From a phage, in assembly GCA_017686895.1 (NCBI GenBank), contig GCA_017686895.1_4521.1: DNA of 64,000 bases. One strand, 5' to 3'. A program made the position numbers and the translations under genes. Below are positions 36,982-48,087 of the stretch, piece by piece (position 1 is the stretch's first letter; each line of letters begins with the position of its first letter). The notes beneath the pieces are model-generated. The model searched no databases, was not told where the DNA came from, and was given only the letters and a program-made list of their open reading frames with translations.

Positions 36982-37182
36982 ATGGCTAAGCTTTTTAAAG
37001 ATGTTGAAATTGGTGAAAAATTTGTCCTGAATAATGGTCAGCAGCTTATTCGTGTAGCTTCTATAGCCGGACAAACTCATAACTGCATCGCCCCAACGTG
37101 TTGGACCCGATTCTTTATTGAGGATGACACCGAATGTTTAACCGTTGAAGAGCTTTTTGAACGTTCTGATATGACCGAATAA
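36982..37182 (+). CDS. Hypothetical protein
   Basis: 66-aa ORF. Confidence 0.45.
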   Translation: MAKLFKDVEIGEKFVLNNGQQLIRVASIAGQTHNCIAPTCWTRFFIEDDTECLTVEELFERSDMTE

Positions 37183-37184
37183 AA

Positions 37185-37221
37185 TTGTACAAACTCTTGA
37201 GAGCAGAGTATAATGCTCTCA
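37185..37221 (+). promoter_or_regulatory. Promoter-like element TTGTAC-N18-TATAAT with flanking inverted repeat
   Basis: TGAGAGC (37198-37204) and GCTCTCA (37215-37221) bracket the -10. Confidence 0.4.
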
Positions 37222-37258
37222 TGGATTACAAAAACATTAATCAATTGAGGAAATTAGC

Positions 37259-37705
37259 ATGTCCAAATATTTAACTCGTAAAGACCTTCTGGCCGTTGGC
37301 GGTGAAGTTGTTGCAGTAGTTCGTAATGGTGAATACGGTTCCGAAGTTTCTAAAGAGTTTCGTTCTCGTGAAGGTTTTTACTTCTTTGTTAAAGGTTCAT
37401 CTGACTGGCGACAAGTAGCAGCACGATTCTTTGTAGGACGTCAACGTTCTAAACAAGGGTTAGATGCAATTCTTTCTCACATTCGTCAAGGCCGTTCACA
37501 ACTAGCTCGTACCATGGGTACTAATAATATTGAATATGACGTAATTTTTGTTTCAGCCAAGAACATGAAACCTCTGACCACTGGTTATGGTAAAGGTCAA
37601 TTGGCTCTGGCATTCACTCGCAATCATTCATCAGAATATCAAACACTCACTGAAATGAACCGTCTCCTGGCTGATAATTTCAAATTCATTCTGCAGAGTT
37701 ACTAA
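37259..37705 (+). CDS. ndd: Nucleoid disruption protein Ndd
   Basis: 148 aa; FYVGNQRSKQG...LSHIRQ.RSQLART...[19 protein letters not shown] matches recalled T4 Ndd. Confidence 0.8.
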   Translation: MSKYLTRKDLLAVGGEVVAVVRNGEYGSEVSKEFRSREGFYFFVKGSSDWRQVAARFFVGRQRSKQGLDAILSHIRQGRSQLARTMGTNNIEYDVIFVSAKNMKPLTTGYGKGQLALAFTRNHSSEYQTLTEMNRLLADNFKFILQSY

Positions 37706-38048
37706 TTTATATAGGCCTATTAAGTTAGGCCTTTAATTTATTTTTGAGGTAATTAAAATGGTAGCATGGATTATTGCATTGCTGTGTTGGTCGTTTTTAT
37801 TCGTTAGCACTTTAGTTACAGGCGAAACAACAGTATTTCAACAGGCCGTATCACAAGGTACCTTAGCGGTCTTAGCTCTTATTAACGTGTTAAAAGGCGA
37901 GTAATGATTAAGAAAATCTTAGCAGGAGCCTTCGGGCTCTTGTTGTTGCTTACGGTTCTGTATTATGGTGTGATGTTTGGACTAATCCAAGTGGTGCTTT
38001 TCATTTCAGATGTTATAATGGTTATTCGTTCATTAATATGGTGAAAAT

Positions 38049-39374
38049 ATGCAATTGAATTCTCGTAATCTAAAAAGTATTATTGATAACGAAGCCTTAG
38101 CATATGCGATGTACACCGTTGAAAACCGTGCAATCCCAAACATGATTGATGGATTTAAGCCGGTTCAACGTTTTGTTGTTCATCGGGCATTAGATTTGGC
38201 TCGTGGTAATAAAGAAAAATTTCATAAACTTGCGTCAATTGCAGGAGGTGTTGCAGATTTAGGTTATCATCATGGCGAATCTTCTGCACAAGATGCAGGT
38301 GCATTGATGGCTAATACGTGGAATAACAACTATCCACTGTTAGACGGCCAGGGCAACTTTGGTTCTAGAACAGTCCAAAAAGCTGCAGCATCTCGTTATA
38401 TTTTTGCTCGTGTAAGTAAAAATTTCTATAATGTCTATAAAGATACTGAATATGCTCCAGCACATGAAGATAAAGAACACGTTCCACCAAAATTCTATCT
38501 TCCTATTATTCCGACAGTTCTTTTGAATGGCGTCTCTGGTATTGCAACCGGTTACGCAACAAATATTCTGCCTCATAGTTTTAAATCAGTTAAAAAGGCT
38601 GTATTACAAGCTCTTCAAGGTAAAAATGTCACTAAGCCAAAAGTTGAATTCCCAGAATTCCGTGGTGAAGTACATGAAGTTGATGGGCGTTATGAGATTC
38701 ACGGAACATATAAGTTCACATCTCGCACTCAAATGCAGATAACTGAAATCCCATATAAATTCGACCGTGAAACGTATGTGAGTAAGGTTCTTGACCCGTT
38801 GGAAGACAAAGGTCTAATCTCATGGGAAGATGATTGTGGTGAACACGGCTTTGGGTTTAAGGTGAAGTTCCGTAAAGAGTACTCGCTTCCAGATGACGAA
38901 GAGCTACGTCATGAAAAAATCATGAAAGATTTTAGTCTCATCGAACGTCGTTCACAAAACATCACAGTGATTAATGAAAAGGGTAAATTGGCGGTCTACG
39001 ATAACGTAGTGGACTTAATCAAAGATTTTGTTGAAGTCCGTAAGACTTACGTTCAGAAACGTATTGATAACAAAATCCTTGAATCTGAAAAAGCATTTAA
39101 ACTTGCTTTTGCTAAGGCACACTTCATCAAAAAAGTTATCAGTGGCGAAATTGTGATTCAGGGCAAGACTCGTAAAGCTTTGACTGAAGAGCTAGCACAA
39201 ATCGAAATGTATAAAGAACATGTCGATAAACTGGTAGGTCTTAACATCTTCCATATCACTTCCGACGAAGCACGGAAACTAGCAGAAGAAGCTAAAGCTA
39301 AGAAAGAAGAAAATGAGTATTGGAAGTCTACTGATGTTGTGACAGAGTACACTAAAGACTTGGAGGCACTTTGA
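38049..39374 (+). CDS. 52: DNA topoisomerase II medium subunit gp52 (GyrA-like)
   Basis: 441 aa; starts MQLN.R.LKSIIDNEALAYAMYTVENRAIPNMIDGFKPVQRF as in T4 gp52. Confidence 0.93.
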   Translation: MQLNSRNLKSIIDNEALAYAMYTVENRAIPNMIDGFKPVQRFVVHRALDLARGNKEKFHKLASIAGGVADLGYHHGESSAQDAGALMANTWNNNYPLLDGQGNFGSRTVQKAAASRYIFARVSKNFYNVYKDTEYAPAHEDKEHVPPKFYLPIIPTVLLNGVSGIATGYATNILPHSFKSVKKAVLQALQGKNVTKPKVEFPEFRGEVHEVDGRYEIHGTYKFTSRTQMQITEIPYKFDRETYVSKVLDPLEDKGLISWEDDCGEHGFGFKVKFRKEYSLPDDEELRHEKIMKDFSLIERRSQNITVINEKGKLAVYDNVVDLIKDFVEVRKTYVQKRIDNKILESEKAFKLAFAKAHFIKKVISGEIVIQGKTRKALTEELAQIEMYKEHVDKLVGLNIFHITSDEARKLAEEAKAKKEENEYWKSTDVVTEYTKDLEAL

Positions 39375-39450
39375 GTGCCCTAGCCTTAGGATTTCTCAGT
39401 GCAATAGCTGCACTAGTGATTTGGCTGTATTGGTTGGACAATCATGATTA

Positions 39451-39470
39451 GGGAGCTTCGGCTCCCTTTT
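39451..39470 (+). terminator. Rho-independent terminator (GGGAGC-TTCG-GCTCCC plus TTTT)
   Basis: Perfect stem, UUCG loop, T-run. Confidence 0.7.
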
Positions 39471-39492
39471 GTGCATTTTTTCTCACAAAACA

Positions 39493-39521
39493 GTTTACAT
39501 GTGCTTCAAACGTGATATTAT
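39493..39521 (+). promoter_or_regulatory. Early-type promoter GTTTAC-N17-TATTAT with TGCTTCA in the spacer
   Basis: Followed by AGACCTATCAAAAC; near-duplicate of the promoter at 39814. Confidence 0.55.
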
Positions 39522-39560
39522 AGACCTATCAAAACAAAACAACCAAATTGGAGAAATAAA

Positions 39561-39776
39561 ATGTCTAAAATGAAATTAACCCAAAACACAACTACTCGTT
39601 TCGGTAAAGTCAAACCCGGTATGAATGCTCTCCGTAAAGCACTTGTTGAAGAATTAAATTTCTTAGAAGTTGAAATCAATTCTTTAGTGGTTCGCGGTTC
39701 AAATGGACATCATTTAGAAAAGCTTCGTTCTAAAAAGGCAAAACTTATTAGCCTTATTAAAGAAATGAGTTTGTAA
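39561..39776 (+). CDS. Hypothetical protein
   Basis: 71-aa ORF; N-terminus similar to the motA N-terminus (MSK..., shared leader TTGGAGAAATAAAATGTCTAAA). Confidence 0.45.
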   Translation: MSKMKLTQNTTTRFGKVKPGMNALRKALVEELNFLEVEINSLVVRGSNGHHLEKLRSKKAKLISLIKEMSL

Positions 39777-39813
39777 ATTTTACCAGGGCTTTTGAAAAAG
39801 AGCCCAAAATAAA

Positions 39814-39842
39814 GTTTACTTTTGCTTCAAACATGATATTAT
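39814..39842 (+). promoter_or_regulatory. Early-type promoter GTTTAC-N17-TATTAT for motA
   Basis: Spacer contains TTTGCTTCA; followed by AGACCTATCAAAC. Confidence 0.55.
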
Positions 39843-39878
39843 AGACCTATCAAACAAATACTAATTTGGAGAAATAAA

Positions 39879-40511
39879 ATGTCTAAAGTTACTTACATCA
39901 TCAAAGCTTCTGAAAACGCTCTGAATGAAAAAACTGCTGCAATAATGGTTTATATCATTAAGAACAACTTCACCACTGCTGCCAATGTCCGTGAAGCTCT
40001 GAAAGCGGAATACAATGCATCGGTTGTTAACTCTAACATTGGTGTATTGATTAAAAAAGGTTTAGTCGAAAAATCCGGTGATGGACTTGTGGCAACCGGC
40101 GAAGCAATGGATATTATCCAAAAAGCTGCAGACCTATTTGCTCAAGAAAATGCTCCAGAACTTCTCCAGAAACGTAACACCAGAAAAGCACGTGGAGTTA
40201 CTCCTGAAATGCATGAACTAGCGAACTTTGTTTTTGAAAATATTAAAGATAAAGTTGAAGTTAAAGAAATTGGTGAAAACCGTAGTAACTTAGAAGTTCG
40301 ATTCGCTAAACGAGTTCTAGGCATTCGCCAAATTGAAATTCGACGAGATGGCGCTCTTAGAATCTTTGCATACAACATGTCAGAAACTGAATCAAAGCTG
40401 TTTACTTCTCTTGAAAATGATGTTAAGATTAAAATCGGTGGTAAATATACTTACATTGACTTCCCTAATGTGTCCAAAGAAATCATTACCCTTGTAACTA
40501 ACGTACTGTGA
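39879..40511 (+). CDS. motA: Middle-transcription activator MotA
   Basis: 210 aa; MSKVTYIIKAS...NSNIGVLIKKGLVEKSGDGL matches recalled T4 MotA. Confidence 0.85.
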   Translation: MSKVTYIIKASENALNEKTAAIMVYIIKNNFTTAANVREALKAEYNASVVNSNIGVLIKKGLVEKSGDGLVATGEAMDIIQKAADLFAQENAPELLQKRNTRKARGVTPEMHELANFVFENIKDKVEVKEIGENRSNLEVRFAKRVLGIRQIEIRRDGALRIFAYNMSETESKLFTSLENDVKIKIGGKYTYIDFPNVSKEIITLVTNVL

Positions 40512-40521
40512 GGAATACATA

Positions 40522-40851
40522 ATGAATAAGCTGAATATTATTAACGAACTTCGTAAATGTGCAGAACCTACTCAGGAAGGATGGGATATTTGGTACCACG
40601 GGGCTTATTTAGGGACAATTGTAAAGATTAAAGCAGGCCAATATACGGTTATTCGTGAAAATAATGACGCGCCATTTGGCCTTCGTAAAAACTACATGGC
40701 AGCGATCAGTTCATTTGTTGATGCAGCTTACGAAATCTATAAAGAAGATTATAAAGAATATCAGCAGTCACAACCGGTTATTCGTTCGATTGGTGTAAAT
40801 AAACAAGCACAAAAATCTATTTGGCAACGTATTAAGGAATGGTTTAAATGA
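40522..40851 (+). CDS. Hypothetical protein
   Basis: 109-aa ORF. Confidence 0.5.
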   Translation: MNKLNIINELRKCAEPTQEGWDIWYHGAYLGTIVKIKAGQYTVIRENNDAPFGLRKNYMAAISSFVDAAYEIYKEDYKEYQQSQPVIRSIGVNKQAQKSIWQRIKEWFK

Positions 40852-41309
40852 AATCATTTAAAGAACGTTTAGAGCTATTAGATTTAGCCTTGTCTCGTGA
40901 GACTCCTGAAAGTCTAGCAGAAAAATTCCAGTCCTACGGTTATAATTATTCTGCTGATGATATAATGAATGAAGTTCCTGAAATCTGTTGGCAAACGTGC
41001 TATTGGAATAATGACCAAAAAGTTCAACGTGTTATAGTATGTGCAGCTAATAGGTTTAAATTGAAGAGTGGTGGAACTCTGGTTATTCCTGGAGTTCGTC
41101 ATTACTCTAAAGATATGGCTGAAGTACTTGACATAGTTGGTCCTCAATTAGTCTCGCAACAAGTTTGTGGTGACGACCAAGGCTTTATTGACCAATACTC
41201 TAATTACTGGACACGTGAAGAAGCAATGATTATTGCAACGTATGCTGGACAGGTACGTATTGAACGTGGCGGAAGTGAGAAAGAACTTTATTCAGAGGAC
41301 CTTTATTAA
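40848..41309 (+). CDS. Hypothetical protein
   Basis: 153-aa ORF, ATGA overlap. Confidence 0.5.
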   Translation: MKSFKERLELLDLALSRETPESLAEKFQSYGYNYSADDIMNEVPEICWQTCYWNNDQKVQRVIVCAANRFKLKSGGTLVIPGVRHYSKDMAEVLDIVGPQLVSQQVCGDDQGFIDQYSNYWTREEAMIIATYAGQVRIERGGSEKELYSEDLY

Positions 41310-41590
41310 TGAATATTAAACAACTCCAGAAAGATGCTATTGAATCACGTATCCAAGATATCAAACGTCTTAATCATATGATGGAAGAAAACTATGGTAT
41401 GTATGCTAATCAGCCTGGTTGGGACGCTTTAGATCATCCTTATTTGGTTAATTTATGTAAAGGTGATACGTTAGCAATTATTCGTGATGGGTTAAAACCT
41501 TTCTTGCGTGACATGTATATTAAAATGAACGAAGAAATTATTAGCTCGTTGCAATATCAATTAAGGAAATTAGATGATGAGAATAATTGA
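41309..41590 (+). CDS. Hypothetical protein
   Basis: 93-aa ORF, TAATG overlap. Confidence 0.45.
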   Translation: MNIKQLQKDAIESRIQDIKRLNHMMEENYGMYANQPGWDALDHPYLVNLCKGDTLAIIRDGLKPFLRDMYIKMNEEIISSLQYQLRKLDDENN

Positions 41591-41792
41591 TTCTAAAGCA
41601 GATTATTTTAATTCTGTTAATGATAAGAATAAAGCTTTAATTCGCCACTTTATTACTGAGATGGGTTATACTGACTCTAAAGATTTGAAAGAGCACATTA
41701 TCGAATGTTCTGTGGCTAAAAAGTTTTCTTTCACAGACAAATGTTTAAACGAGGTTATAAATCATTATGAACAATCTTGTAGCAAAACATGA
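41574..41792 (+). CDS. Hypothetical protein
   Basis: 72-aa ORF. Confidence 0.4.
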   Translation: MMRIIDSKADYFNSVNDKNKALIRHFITEMGYTDSKDLKEHIIECSVAKKFSFTDKCLNEVINHYEQSCSKT

Positions 41793-41875
41793 TTTCAATA
41801 AGGCTTCTGTCCATAAGGACAAGAAGAAATCAGAACTTCAATCTAAGCGTAAACAAAAACATAAGGGTAAAGACT

Positions 41876-42163
41876 ATGTTTACTAAAATCAAAGAAAATC
41901 CTGCCACTGAACTTGTTATTCGTTGTGAAGAACTTGCAGAGCTTTATCAGGTTAACCGAGAAGTGTGTCGTAGTGTTATCGTAGATATGGCAGACGAAGT
42001 ATGTTCTCGTATTCCTTTTAGCGTTGATTTCAATCATATGAAGCCTGGTGAAATCACTATCGTCTTTGGTTCTGACTATACTGAAGAACGGGCTCTTAAT
42101 GTCCTAGAATATGAAATGTCGTTCTTTGACATACAGGACTACATTGATAGTTATAAGGAATGA
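41876..42163 (+). CDS. Hypothetical protein
   Basis: 95 aa from internal ATG 41876. Confidence 0.4.
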   Translation: MFTKIKENPATELVIRCEELAELYQVNREVCRSVIVDMADEVCSRIPFSVDFNHMKPGEITIVFGSDYTEERALNVLEYEMSFFDIQDYIDSYKE

Positions 42164-42372
42164 TATGAGCCATAATCTTCAGAACGTAGTAGAGGCAGAA
42201 CGTGAGCGTGAGGCTTTAGTCTATAATGAACTATTAGTCACGTTCTTGGCCTTACACTCGTACGAACAGGAAGACTACACTGATTACGTTAAAAGTGTAG
42301 AAAAAGCCGTTTACAATCAACACTGATAATGGTACTATACTCATATCAACCAAATGGAATGAATAAAACGTT

Positions 42373-42645
42373 ATGAATAAAGACATTGAAATCGTACGTG
42401 AAATTATTACTATTGCTTCTATTTTGATTAAATTCTCTAGGGAAGATATTGTTGAAGACCGAGCAAATTTCATCGGATTCTTGAATGAGATTGGAATTAA
42501 AAAAGATGGTCGGCAGCTAAATCAGAATTCGTTCAGAAAACTAATTACAAATTTAACTGCCGAAGAAAAGAAAACACTGATTAGTGAATTCAATGAAGGT
42601 TTTGAAAATATTTATCGCCATTTGACGATGTATTCTAACAACTAA
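42373..42645 (+). CDS. asiA: Anti-sigma-70 factor AsiA
   Basis: 90 aa; MNK.I..VREIIT.ASILIKFSREDIVE.RANFI.FLNEIG matches recalled T4 AsiA. Confidence 0.85.
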   Translation: MNKDIEIVREIITIASILIKFSREDIVEDRANFIGFLNEIGIKKDGRQLNQNSFRKLITNLTAEEKKTLISEFNEGFENIYRHLTMYSNN

Positions 42646-43305
42646 TTATTTAGCCCGCCCTAATATCCTTGCTGCTTGGTTGCATATTGCAGCCAAGCGT
42701 TCTTCATTTAGCACATCCGATCCCTTATACCAATACATAGAAACAGTTCCCGCATATATGTTATCCAAATTGAAGTAAGGACAACTATACATATACGCCA
42801 GTTCCGGAGTTTTTGATTTGGTAGGTAAGAAAGCAAAATCTGTTTTAGAAGTAAAGTGAAGTCCACTTAAATGGACCGAATATTCTGCTGTCGTTTTATC
42901 AACAGGAAATCCTCCCATAGATTTTTCAGTTACTGTGCTAGGTAACTTACCTTCATACGCAATAAGGTCGACGAAATAATTTAGATTTTTAGGTCTGAAA
43001 GAATACACCGAACTAAAATCCGCCCTTGATGTGACGTGGACTATTTGTAGTTGTTCTAAAGCCGCAGATTCAAATCGTGTATTTCTTTCTTTTTGAATTA
43101 CTTCTGTGTAAGTATCATATTTCGACCTCACGTAATAATCCATAAAAATATTCCCTTTGTACCATATTAGTGCCATTAGGAACAAAAGAACTACAACAGC
43201 AACTCTTGAAATAAGAATATTTCCAGAGGCGTTATCTTTGAAAATGCGGTCTAGCAACCCAAATAAAATATCACTAGGCGAAAATGATACTTTTGGTGCT
43301 GCCAT
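42646..43305 (-). CDS. t: Holin T
   Basis: Starts MAAPKVSFSPSDILFG (T4 T: MAAPRISFSPSDILFG); start placed at the second ATG after the GGAGG SD. Confidence 0.9.
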   Translation of the reverse strand: MAAPKVSFSPSDILFGLLDRIFKDNASGNILISRVAVVVLLFLMALIWYKGNIFMDYYVRSKYDTYTEVIQKERNTRFESAALEQLQIVHVTSRADFSSVYSFRPKNLNYFVDLIAYEGKLPSTVTEKSMGGFPVDKTTAEYSVHLSGLHFTSKTDFAFLPTKSKTPELAYMYSCPYFNLDNIYAGTVSMYWYKGSDVLNEERLAAICNQAARILGRAK

Positions 43306-43324
43306 ATTACCTCCCATTTATCAA

Positions 43325-43332
43325 TATTTATA
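43325..43332 (-). promoter_or_regulatory. Late promoter TATAAATA for t
   Basis: Exact consensus on the minus strand between gene 38 stop and t start. Confidence 0.55.
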
Positions 43333-43350
43333 ATTGAGAGGTATTATCGT

Positions 43351-44130
43351 TTAAATCCAGGAGCCGTAGATTGTGCCTGTAGCACCCCATGACGGTGAAC
43401 TTCCGAATACTGCTCTGCCAGGAGCACCACCGCCAGATCTAGATAAGTGATTACCCCATCCATCTCCGCCACGACCTCCAGCATCACCGCCATTGCCTCC
43501 GCCGAATTGGGAAGTGTAACCGGCCCCGCCCGGGGCGTCATAACTAGCATTACCACCCGGCCAATTAACGCCACCTCCGCCGATGCCAAATGGTCTACCA
43601 CCACCGCCACCTGCTGTAGCATTTGGCGCCCAGCTATTCTGTAATGACACTGCACCACCTCCGCCACCGCCTGATGCAATAACACCATAGTTCCAAATAC
43701 GAAGTCTTCCGCCGATATCATTTTGGATTACATCGCCACCATTAGTGCCTGGGTTTCCGTTTACAGTACCGTTACCACCTCGTCCCCACATATGAACTCC
43801 ACCATGAATATTCAAAGTAACATATTCATTTGGCGTATCGCCATACATAAAGAATAATGGAACATCTTTACTATATGATACTAAATTTCCAGTGATATTA
43901 AACACTATAGGTGCACTACCTGCCTCAAAACATCTATCTCGGAACCATTGACCATTGAAGTTATGGTCTGCTCCAAGTGTGTGAATAATCTCACGAGACC
44001 GACCAGCAAATTGCGACATTGATACCGGTAGTCCCAATCTTAACTGTCCAGCCGCTGCAGACATCAATCGCTGGCCTGTTTCAGCCACTGCTGATGTTCC
44101 AATCCAACCAGGAATTCCTACTACTGCCAT
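43351..44130 (-). CDS. 38: Tail fiber adhesin gp38 (T2-type, glycine-rich motifs)
   Basis: 259 aa with repeated poly-Gly blocks ([39 protein letters not shown]); immediately downstream of gene 37. Confidence 0.75.
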   Translation of the reverse strand: MAVVGIPGWIGTSAVAETGQRLMSAAAGQLRLGLPVSMSQFAGRSREIIHTLGADHNFNGQWFRDRCFEAGSAPIVFNITGNLVSYSKDVPLFFMYGDTPNEYVTLNIHGGVHMWGRGGNGTVNGNPGTNGGDVIQNDIGGRLRIWNYGVIASGGGGGGAVSLQNSWAPNATAGGGGGRPFGIGGGGVNWPGGNASYDAPGGAGYTSQFGGGNGGDAGGRGGDGWGNHLSRSGGGAPGRAVFGSSPSWGATGTIYGSWI

Positions 44131-44140
44131 AAAAACCTCC

Positions 44141-44156
44141 AGGGCCCGAAGGCCCT
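44141..44156 (-). other. UUCG-tetraloop hairpin between genes 37 and 38
   Basis: On the minus strand AGGGCC-TTCG-GGCCCT, followed by SD GGAGG of gene 38; no U-tract. Confidence 0.5.
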
Positions 44157-44159
44157 TTA

Positions 44160-47100
44160 TTATAATAATGATTTAATTAATGCTTTCAATTCAGCAATTT
44201 CAGATTTCAATTCCTTGATTTCGTCAGTATGCTCGTTGATAGTAGCAGTATTTAAACCGATAATACCGTTATAGTTTAAACGAAGTAAGCCGGTCTCTTT
44301 ATCTTCAGAAACAAGTTCAGGTAATACTTCTTGAACTTCCTGAGCAATTAAACCTGCGGACGGTTTAACTTCGTCTGTAACAGAGTTTTTAAGCAGATAA
44401 GTATAACCGCCCAATAGTTTAGATTTCTCTTGGGCATTCTCTATAAGCTTAATTTCTGACTTACAACGAATATCAGAACGAATATAAACGTCGTTAACAT
44501 CGATGTTATCACGAACATACATACCTGCATTACAGTGGAAGTTAACATCACCGAATGTCTGAGCTAAACCAGGTCTAAAACTAAACACACCTTGGCCGTT
44601 TGCATATGCGTTGAAAATACCATCGTTTTCCCAAAGCAAACCGGTATCGTTATCTCCCAGTACAATACACGGCCCGGCCCATGCAGGGTCACCGCCGCCT
44701 GCTGATACTCTGCCGCTCTTAAGTAAGCTAGGGGCATAAAAAACACCATTATGATGGAATTCATAGATGGCTTGGGGGTCAGAACCGTTTTCCTGGTTAC
44801 CTACACGAATAATACCTTGTGCCCAGGTATTAGTAATGCGTTGCATACCAAAATCTACGCCGGATACGTATCCTTCGTTAGTAATACCGGATTTTCCTTT
44901 AATAATAGGATAATAACTATCATTACCGACATTACCAAAATCTACAAATATAGGAGCTTCTTGGCGCCATTGGTTAGCCCAGTCACCGCCCTGGTGTGCG
45001 GTCCATTGTGTACCGTTTATATGGAGGCGGTCTCTATTAAAATTAAATGTTCCTTGGCCTTGAGGAGAAAGCGATATTTCACCGTTAGTTGTTATGTATA
45101 CACCGCCTTGTGTAATGTAACTGTAAAAACCTAGACCATTGTCGGCACCGCCTTTACCAATATACCAATTATTGGCCCCGGCCGTATCAGAACGAATAAA
45201 TGATGAATCACTGGCCAAAGGAGGATTAAGAACTATTCCAGCAGCATCTTTATTAATCCAAAGAGTGCCGGTCATCGTATCACCTTCTTTGGCAACACGA
45301 GTAGCTATTGCGTCGCGAATATTAGTTACGTCGCCTGCAGAAGTAAACGTTTTCCAAATATCCGAGAAAATATTACCATTACGAGCAATAGCAGCTTCAC
45401 CACCACCGACCAGAACGTTATCTGGGAAGTTAACAGTACCGTCTTGATTAAAACGAGATGTATGTCCTTGAGTTCCGTCTTCTTTTAAATGATGAATAAC
45501 AAATGTGCCTGAATTAATTTCAGTGCCTAAAGACCAAACGGCTTTACCATTTAAAAACTTCTGTTTAACAATAGGATAATATTTGCTTACAGCATCGTCA
45601 TCGATTTCCTGGAAAATAGGAGCCGCTTGAGCATATTGAATATCATAACCGCCGGCACCCGCTCCATGGCCAACAAATTTAATATAGCCGTTCGCAGTGA
45701 TCGTATTGTATTTTGATTGTAAATCTGGAATAGTAACTTTACCAGTATCTAAAGCCATACTAAACGGGCGAAGTGGACCGATATCGCCGTGTTTACCTTC
45801 ACCGTAAGCAGTTGGAATAATATGAAGACTATCTTCTGAACGTCTAAAAATAGCTCCATAATCTGCGTTCCAAATACGAAGAGCATTCACTTCTCCAGAT
45901 GAAATTTCACCTGTTGTGTGAACTCCTCTATCTCCAGCAGTAACACCAGATGATTCAAATGAGCCATTAACGTTCATTTCTACTTCGCCAGTAGTAAGTC
46001 TTTGAATATAGCTCATCCAGCTAGTTGCATCAGAAATTTCCATAATGTTTTTACGGATACCTCCGCTTGGATCAACAAACGTATTACCCCAAACTTTAAT
46101 ATCCATATTATCAACCGAGCTGTATCCTGTTGTGTTGCCTCTAAACATTAGTGTAGAAGAATTATTTCTACCATCTATATTAACAGAACCGCCAATAACA
46201 TCAATATTACCAGGAGTAACCAACAAACCGCCATGAGTATTAATGTTTGTGGTACCCTTACCACGGAAATAGTGATGATAGTTACCGCCTTGATAATATC
46301 CCAAAAGAGTCTGACCATCTCCAAACGCGTTATTATCGTGATATGTCACAACAGTAGCAAGAGCATAGTTTTCAGTTGGAGGAGTAGTTAAATCGGCTCC
46401 ATTAGTAGAATATCCAGCTACAAATTTTCTTAGGCTAGTTGTTTCGCTAGGATTAAATAAAAACGTTTTTGTTCCATTATTAACGCTGAAATAATATCCG
46501 TCTTGATGCCATTTAAATCCAGTATCATTATCCCCAAGAACAATAGAACCTTTACCTAAGGTTGAATATGTCATAGGCCCTGATTCCATACCTACTGCAA
46601 TCGAATGGCCTGCTTGAAAACCGCCGGAATAAGCAAAAGATAACATATAATCAGTAGGGGTTGAACCAGAATACCAACTGATGCCGTTGTTTTCACAAAT
46701 TTCATGGAGCATTGCGGCCGCTGGGTCGGTACGTACAACACGTAAATTATTTTTATCTGTATTAGAATTATTATTTGCTAATGAATAGATGTCATAATCA
46801 CCTGCCTTCTTCCCGTCTGTAATGACTTTGTCAGTCAAAATCTGAGGAGTTGACATAGATTTCCATGCCGATACTTCAGGTGAAATAAATTGTCCACTGC
46901 CTGAAAATGCATAGGTGCTTTCGCTACCAGCTGCGTAGTCTTGAACTCTAATATTAATTACTTGTGTAGTTAATCCATCATTAGCAGGAGAAAAAATGAT
47001 TCCACGTTCACGGTCAGCTGAATCATGAAAACGAACATGTGATGTACCTGAACTTTTTGTAATAAGTTCTCCGCCTTCAGTCATAATCTGCCCAGCGGCA

Positions 47101-47396
47101 ATAATATCGCGAGTTACTCGAGCAATACCAGTTAAATTAAAATTACCAGTCTGAGTGAAGACGCCATTTAAAGTATAATCACCAGTTTGATTATAGTTTC
47201 CTATATGAATAACATTCCCGTCAATACTACCACCCTTAGCAAAACCAAGATCAATGATATTTCCTTGGTCGTCTTTAGTAAAAAGTACGCGGTCTTTTAA
47301 GTTTATAGCCAATTCACCTTCGGCTAATACTGAAGCGGCAGGACGTGCTCCTGCAGTTTTGCTTCTTTTAAATTGTATTTGTTTTAAAGTAGCCAT
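44160..47396 (-). CDS. 37: Long tail fiber distal subunit gp37
   Basis: 1078 aa; conserved N-terminus and C-terminal intramolecular-chaperone region; position between 36 and 38. Confidence 0.9.
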   Translation of the reverse strand: MATLKQIQFKRSKTAGARPAASVLAEGELAINLKDRVLFTKDDQGNIIDLGFAKGGSIDGNVIHIGNYNQTGDYTLNGVFTQTGNFNLTGIARVTRDIIAAGQIMTEGGELITKSSGTSHVRFHDSADRERGIIFSPANDGLTTQVINIRVQDYAAGSESTYAFSGSGQFISPEVSAWKSMSTPQILTDKVITDGKKAGDYDIYSLANNNSNTDKNNLRVVRTDPAAAMLHEICENNGISWYSGSTPTDYMLSFAYSGGFQAGHSIAVGMESGPMTYSTLGKGSIVLGDNDTGFKWHQDGYYFSVNNGTKTFLFNPSETTSLRKFVAGYSTNGADLTTPPTENYALATVVTYHDNNAFGDGQTLLGYYQGGNYHHYFRGKGTTNINTHGGLLVTPGNIDVIGGSVNIDGRNNSSTLMFRGNTTGYSSVDNMDIKVWGNTFVDPSGGIRKNIMEISDATSWMSYIQRLTTGEVEMNVNGSFESSGVTAGDRGVHTTGEISSGEVNALRIWNADYGAIFRRSEDSLHIIPTAYGEGKHGDIGPLRPFSMALDTGKVTIPDLQSKYNTITANGYIKFVGHGAGAGGYDIQYAQAAPIFQEIDDDAVSKYYPIVKQKFLNGKAVWSLGTEINSGTFVIHHLKEDGTQGHTSRFNQDGTVNFPDNVLVGGGEAAIARNGNIFSDIWKTFTSAGDVTNIRDAIATRVAKEGDTMTGTLWINKDAAGIVLNPPLASDSSFIRSDTAGANNWYIGKGGADNGLGFYSYITQGGVYITTNGEISLSPQGQGTFNFNRDRLHINGTQWTAHQGGDWANQWRQEAPIFVDFGNVGNDSYYPIIKGKSGITNEGYVSGVDFGMQRITNTWAQGIIRVGNQENGSDPQAIYEFHHNGVFYAPSLLKSGRVSAGGGDPAWAGPCIVLGDNDTGLLWENDGIFNAYANGQGVFSFRPGLAQTFGDVNFHCNAGMYVRDNIDVNDVYIRSDIRCKSEIKLIENAQEKSKLLGGYTYLLKNSVTDEVKPSAGLIAQEVQEVLPELVSEDKETGLLRLNYNGIIGLNTATINEHTDEIKELKSEIAELKALIKSLL

Positions 47397-47404
47397 AAGT
47401 CCTC

Positions 47405-48061
47405 TTAATAATAGCCGAAATCTTGAACAGAATCCTTAATAACAATTTGATCAAATCGTGGAACATGTGAGGGTTGAGATGCAGGATTCTGTGAGAAAAA
47501 GTTTGGGGCGGTTAGCGCGCCGGTCATCGTATCTCCTGAACGGAGTACACGACTGTTTGCATTAGCATTAACTGTATTTATTTGACTATCAACATAATCT
47601 TTGCGAGTAAGGTCGTAATTATTTAAAGGTGCTAACGTTGTGGCTCTGAATTGAGATGCTTCAATAACGCCTTTAGAACTTATATTACCGGTGCGAGTAT
47701 CAATTACAGCAGTTCTTTCACCTGTACCTTGAGATGATTTAAACCCAATACCATACCACGAAACAATATCCATGTTTGTTTGGTCGAATGTCGCAGCGTC
47801 ACCACCACCAGAAAAAATACCATTCGTTTGGTCATCTGCTGTTTTGACTGCAATACCTTCGTTAAAGATTACCTTTTTGAGATATGTCCCACCATTTGCT
47901 TTAGATACGAAATCGTTATCAGCCGCTTTTGGCTTGTTATATTCGGTGTATAATTTAAATGTTTTATATAGGATGTCATCGCCAGCTGGCATTAAAGGAA
48001 AATTGCCTTGATGCCATATGACGGAACCACCAACTGTACTTCCGGCTTTTAAATCGGCCAT
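47405..48061 (-). CDS. 36: Long tail fiber distal connector gp36
   Basis: 218 aa (T4 gp36 about 221); position. Confidence 0.85.
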   Translation of the reverse strand: MADLKAGSTVGGSVIWHQGNFPLMPAGDDILYKTFKLYTEYNKPKAADNDFVSKANGGTYLKKVIFNEGIAVKTADDQTNGIFSGGGDAATFDQTNMDIVSWYGIGFKSSQGTGERTAVIDTRTGNISSKGVIEASQFRATTLAPLNNYDLTRKDYVDSQINTVNANANSRVLRSGDTMTGALTAPNFFSQNPASQPSHVPRFDQIVIKDSVQDFGYY

Positions 48062-48087
48062 TTCGTGTCTCCTTATTAATATTAAAG

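Noticed and set aside
39785-39805. Hairpin GGGCT...AGCCC after the 39561 ORF as a terminator
   Set aside because: No U-tract follows and the stem is short; it is probably part of the upstream region of the motA promoter
43344-43721. 125-aa minus-strand ORF and 65-aa plus-strand ORF overlapping gene 38
   Set aside because: Alternate-frame readings of the GGN glycine-codon repeats of gp38
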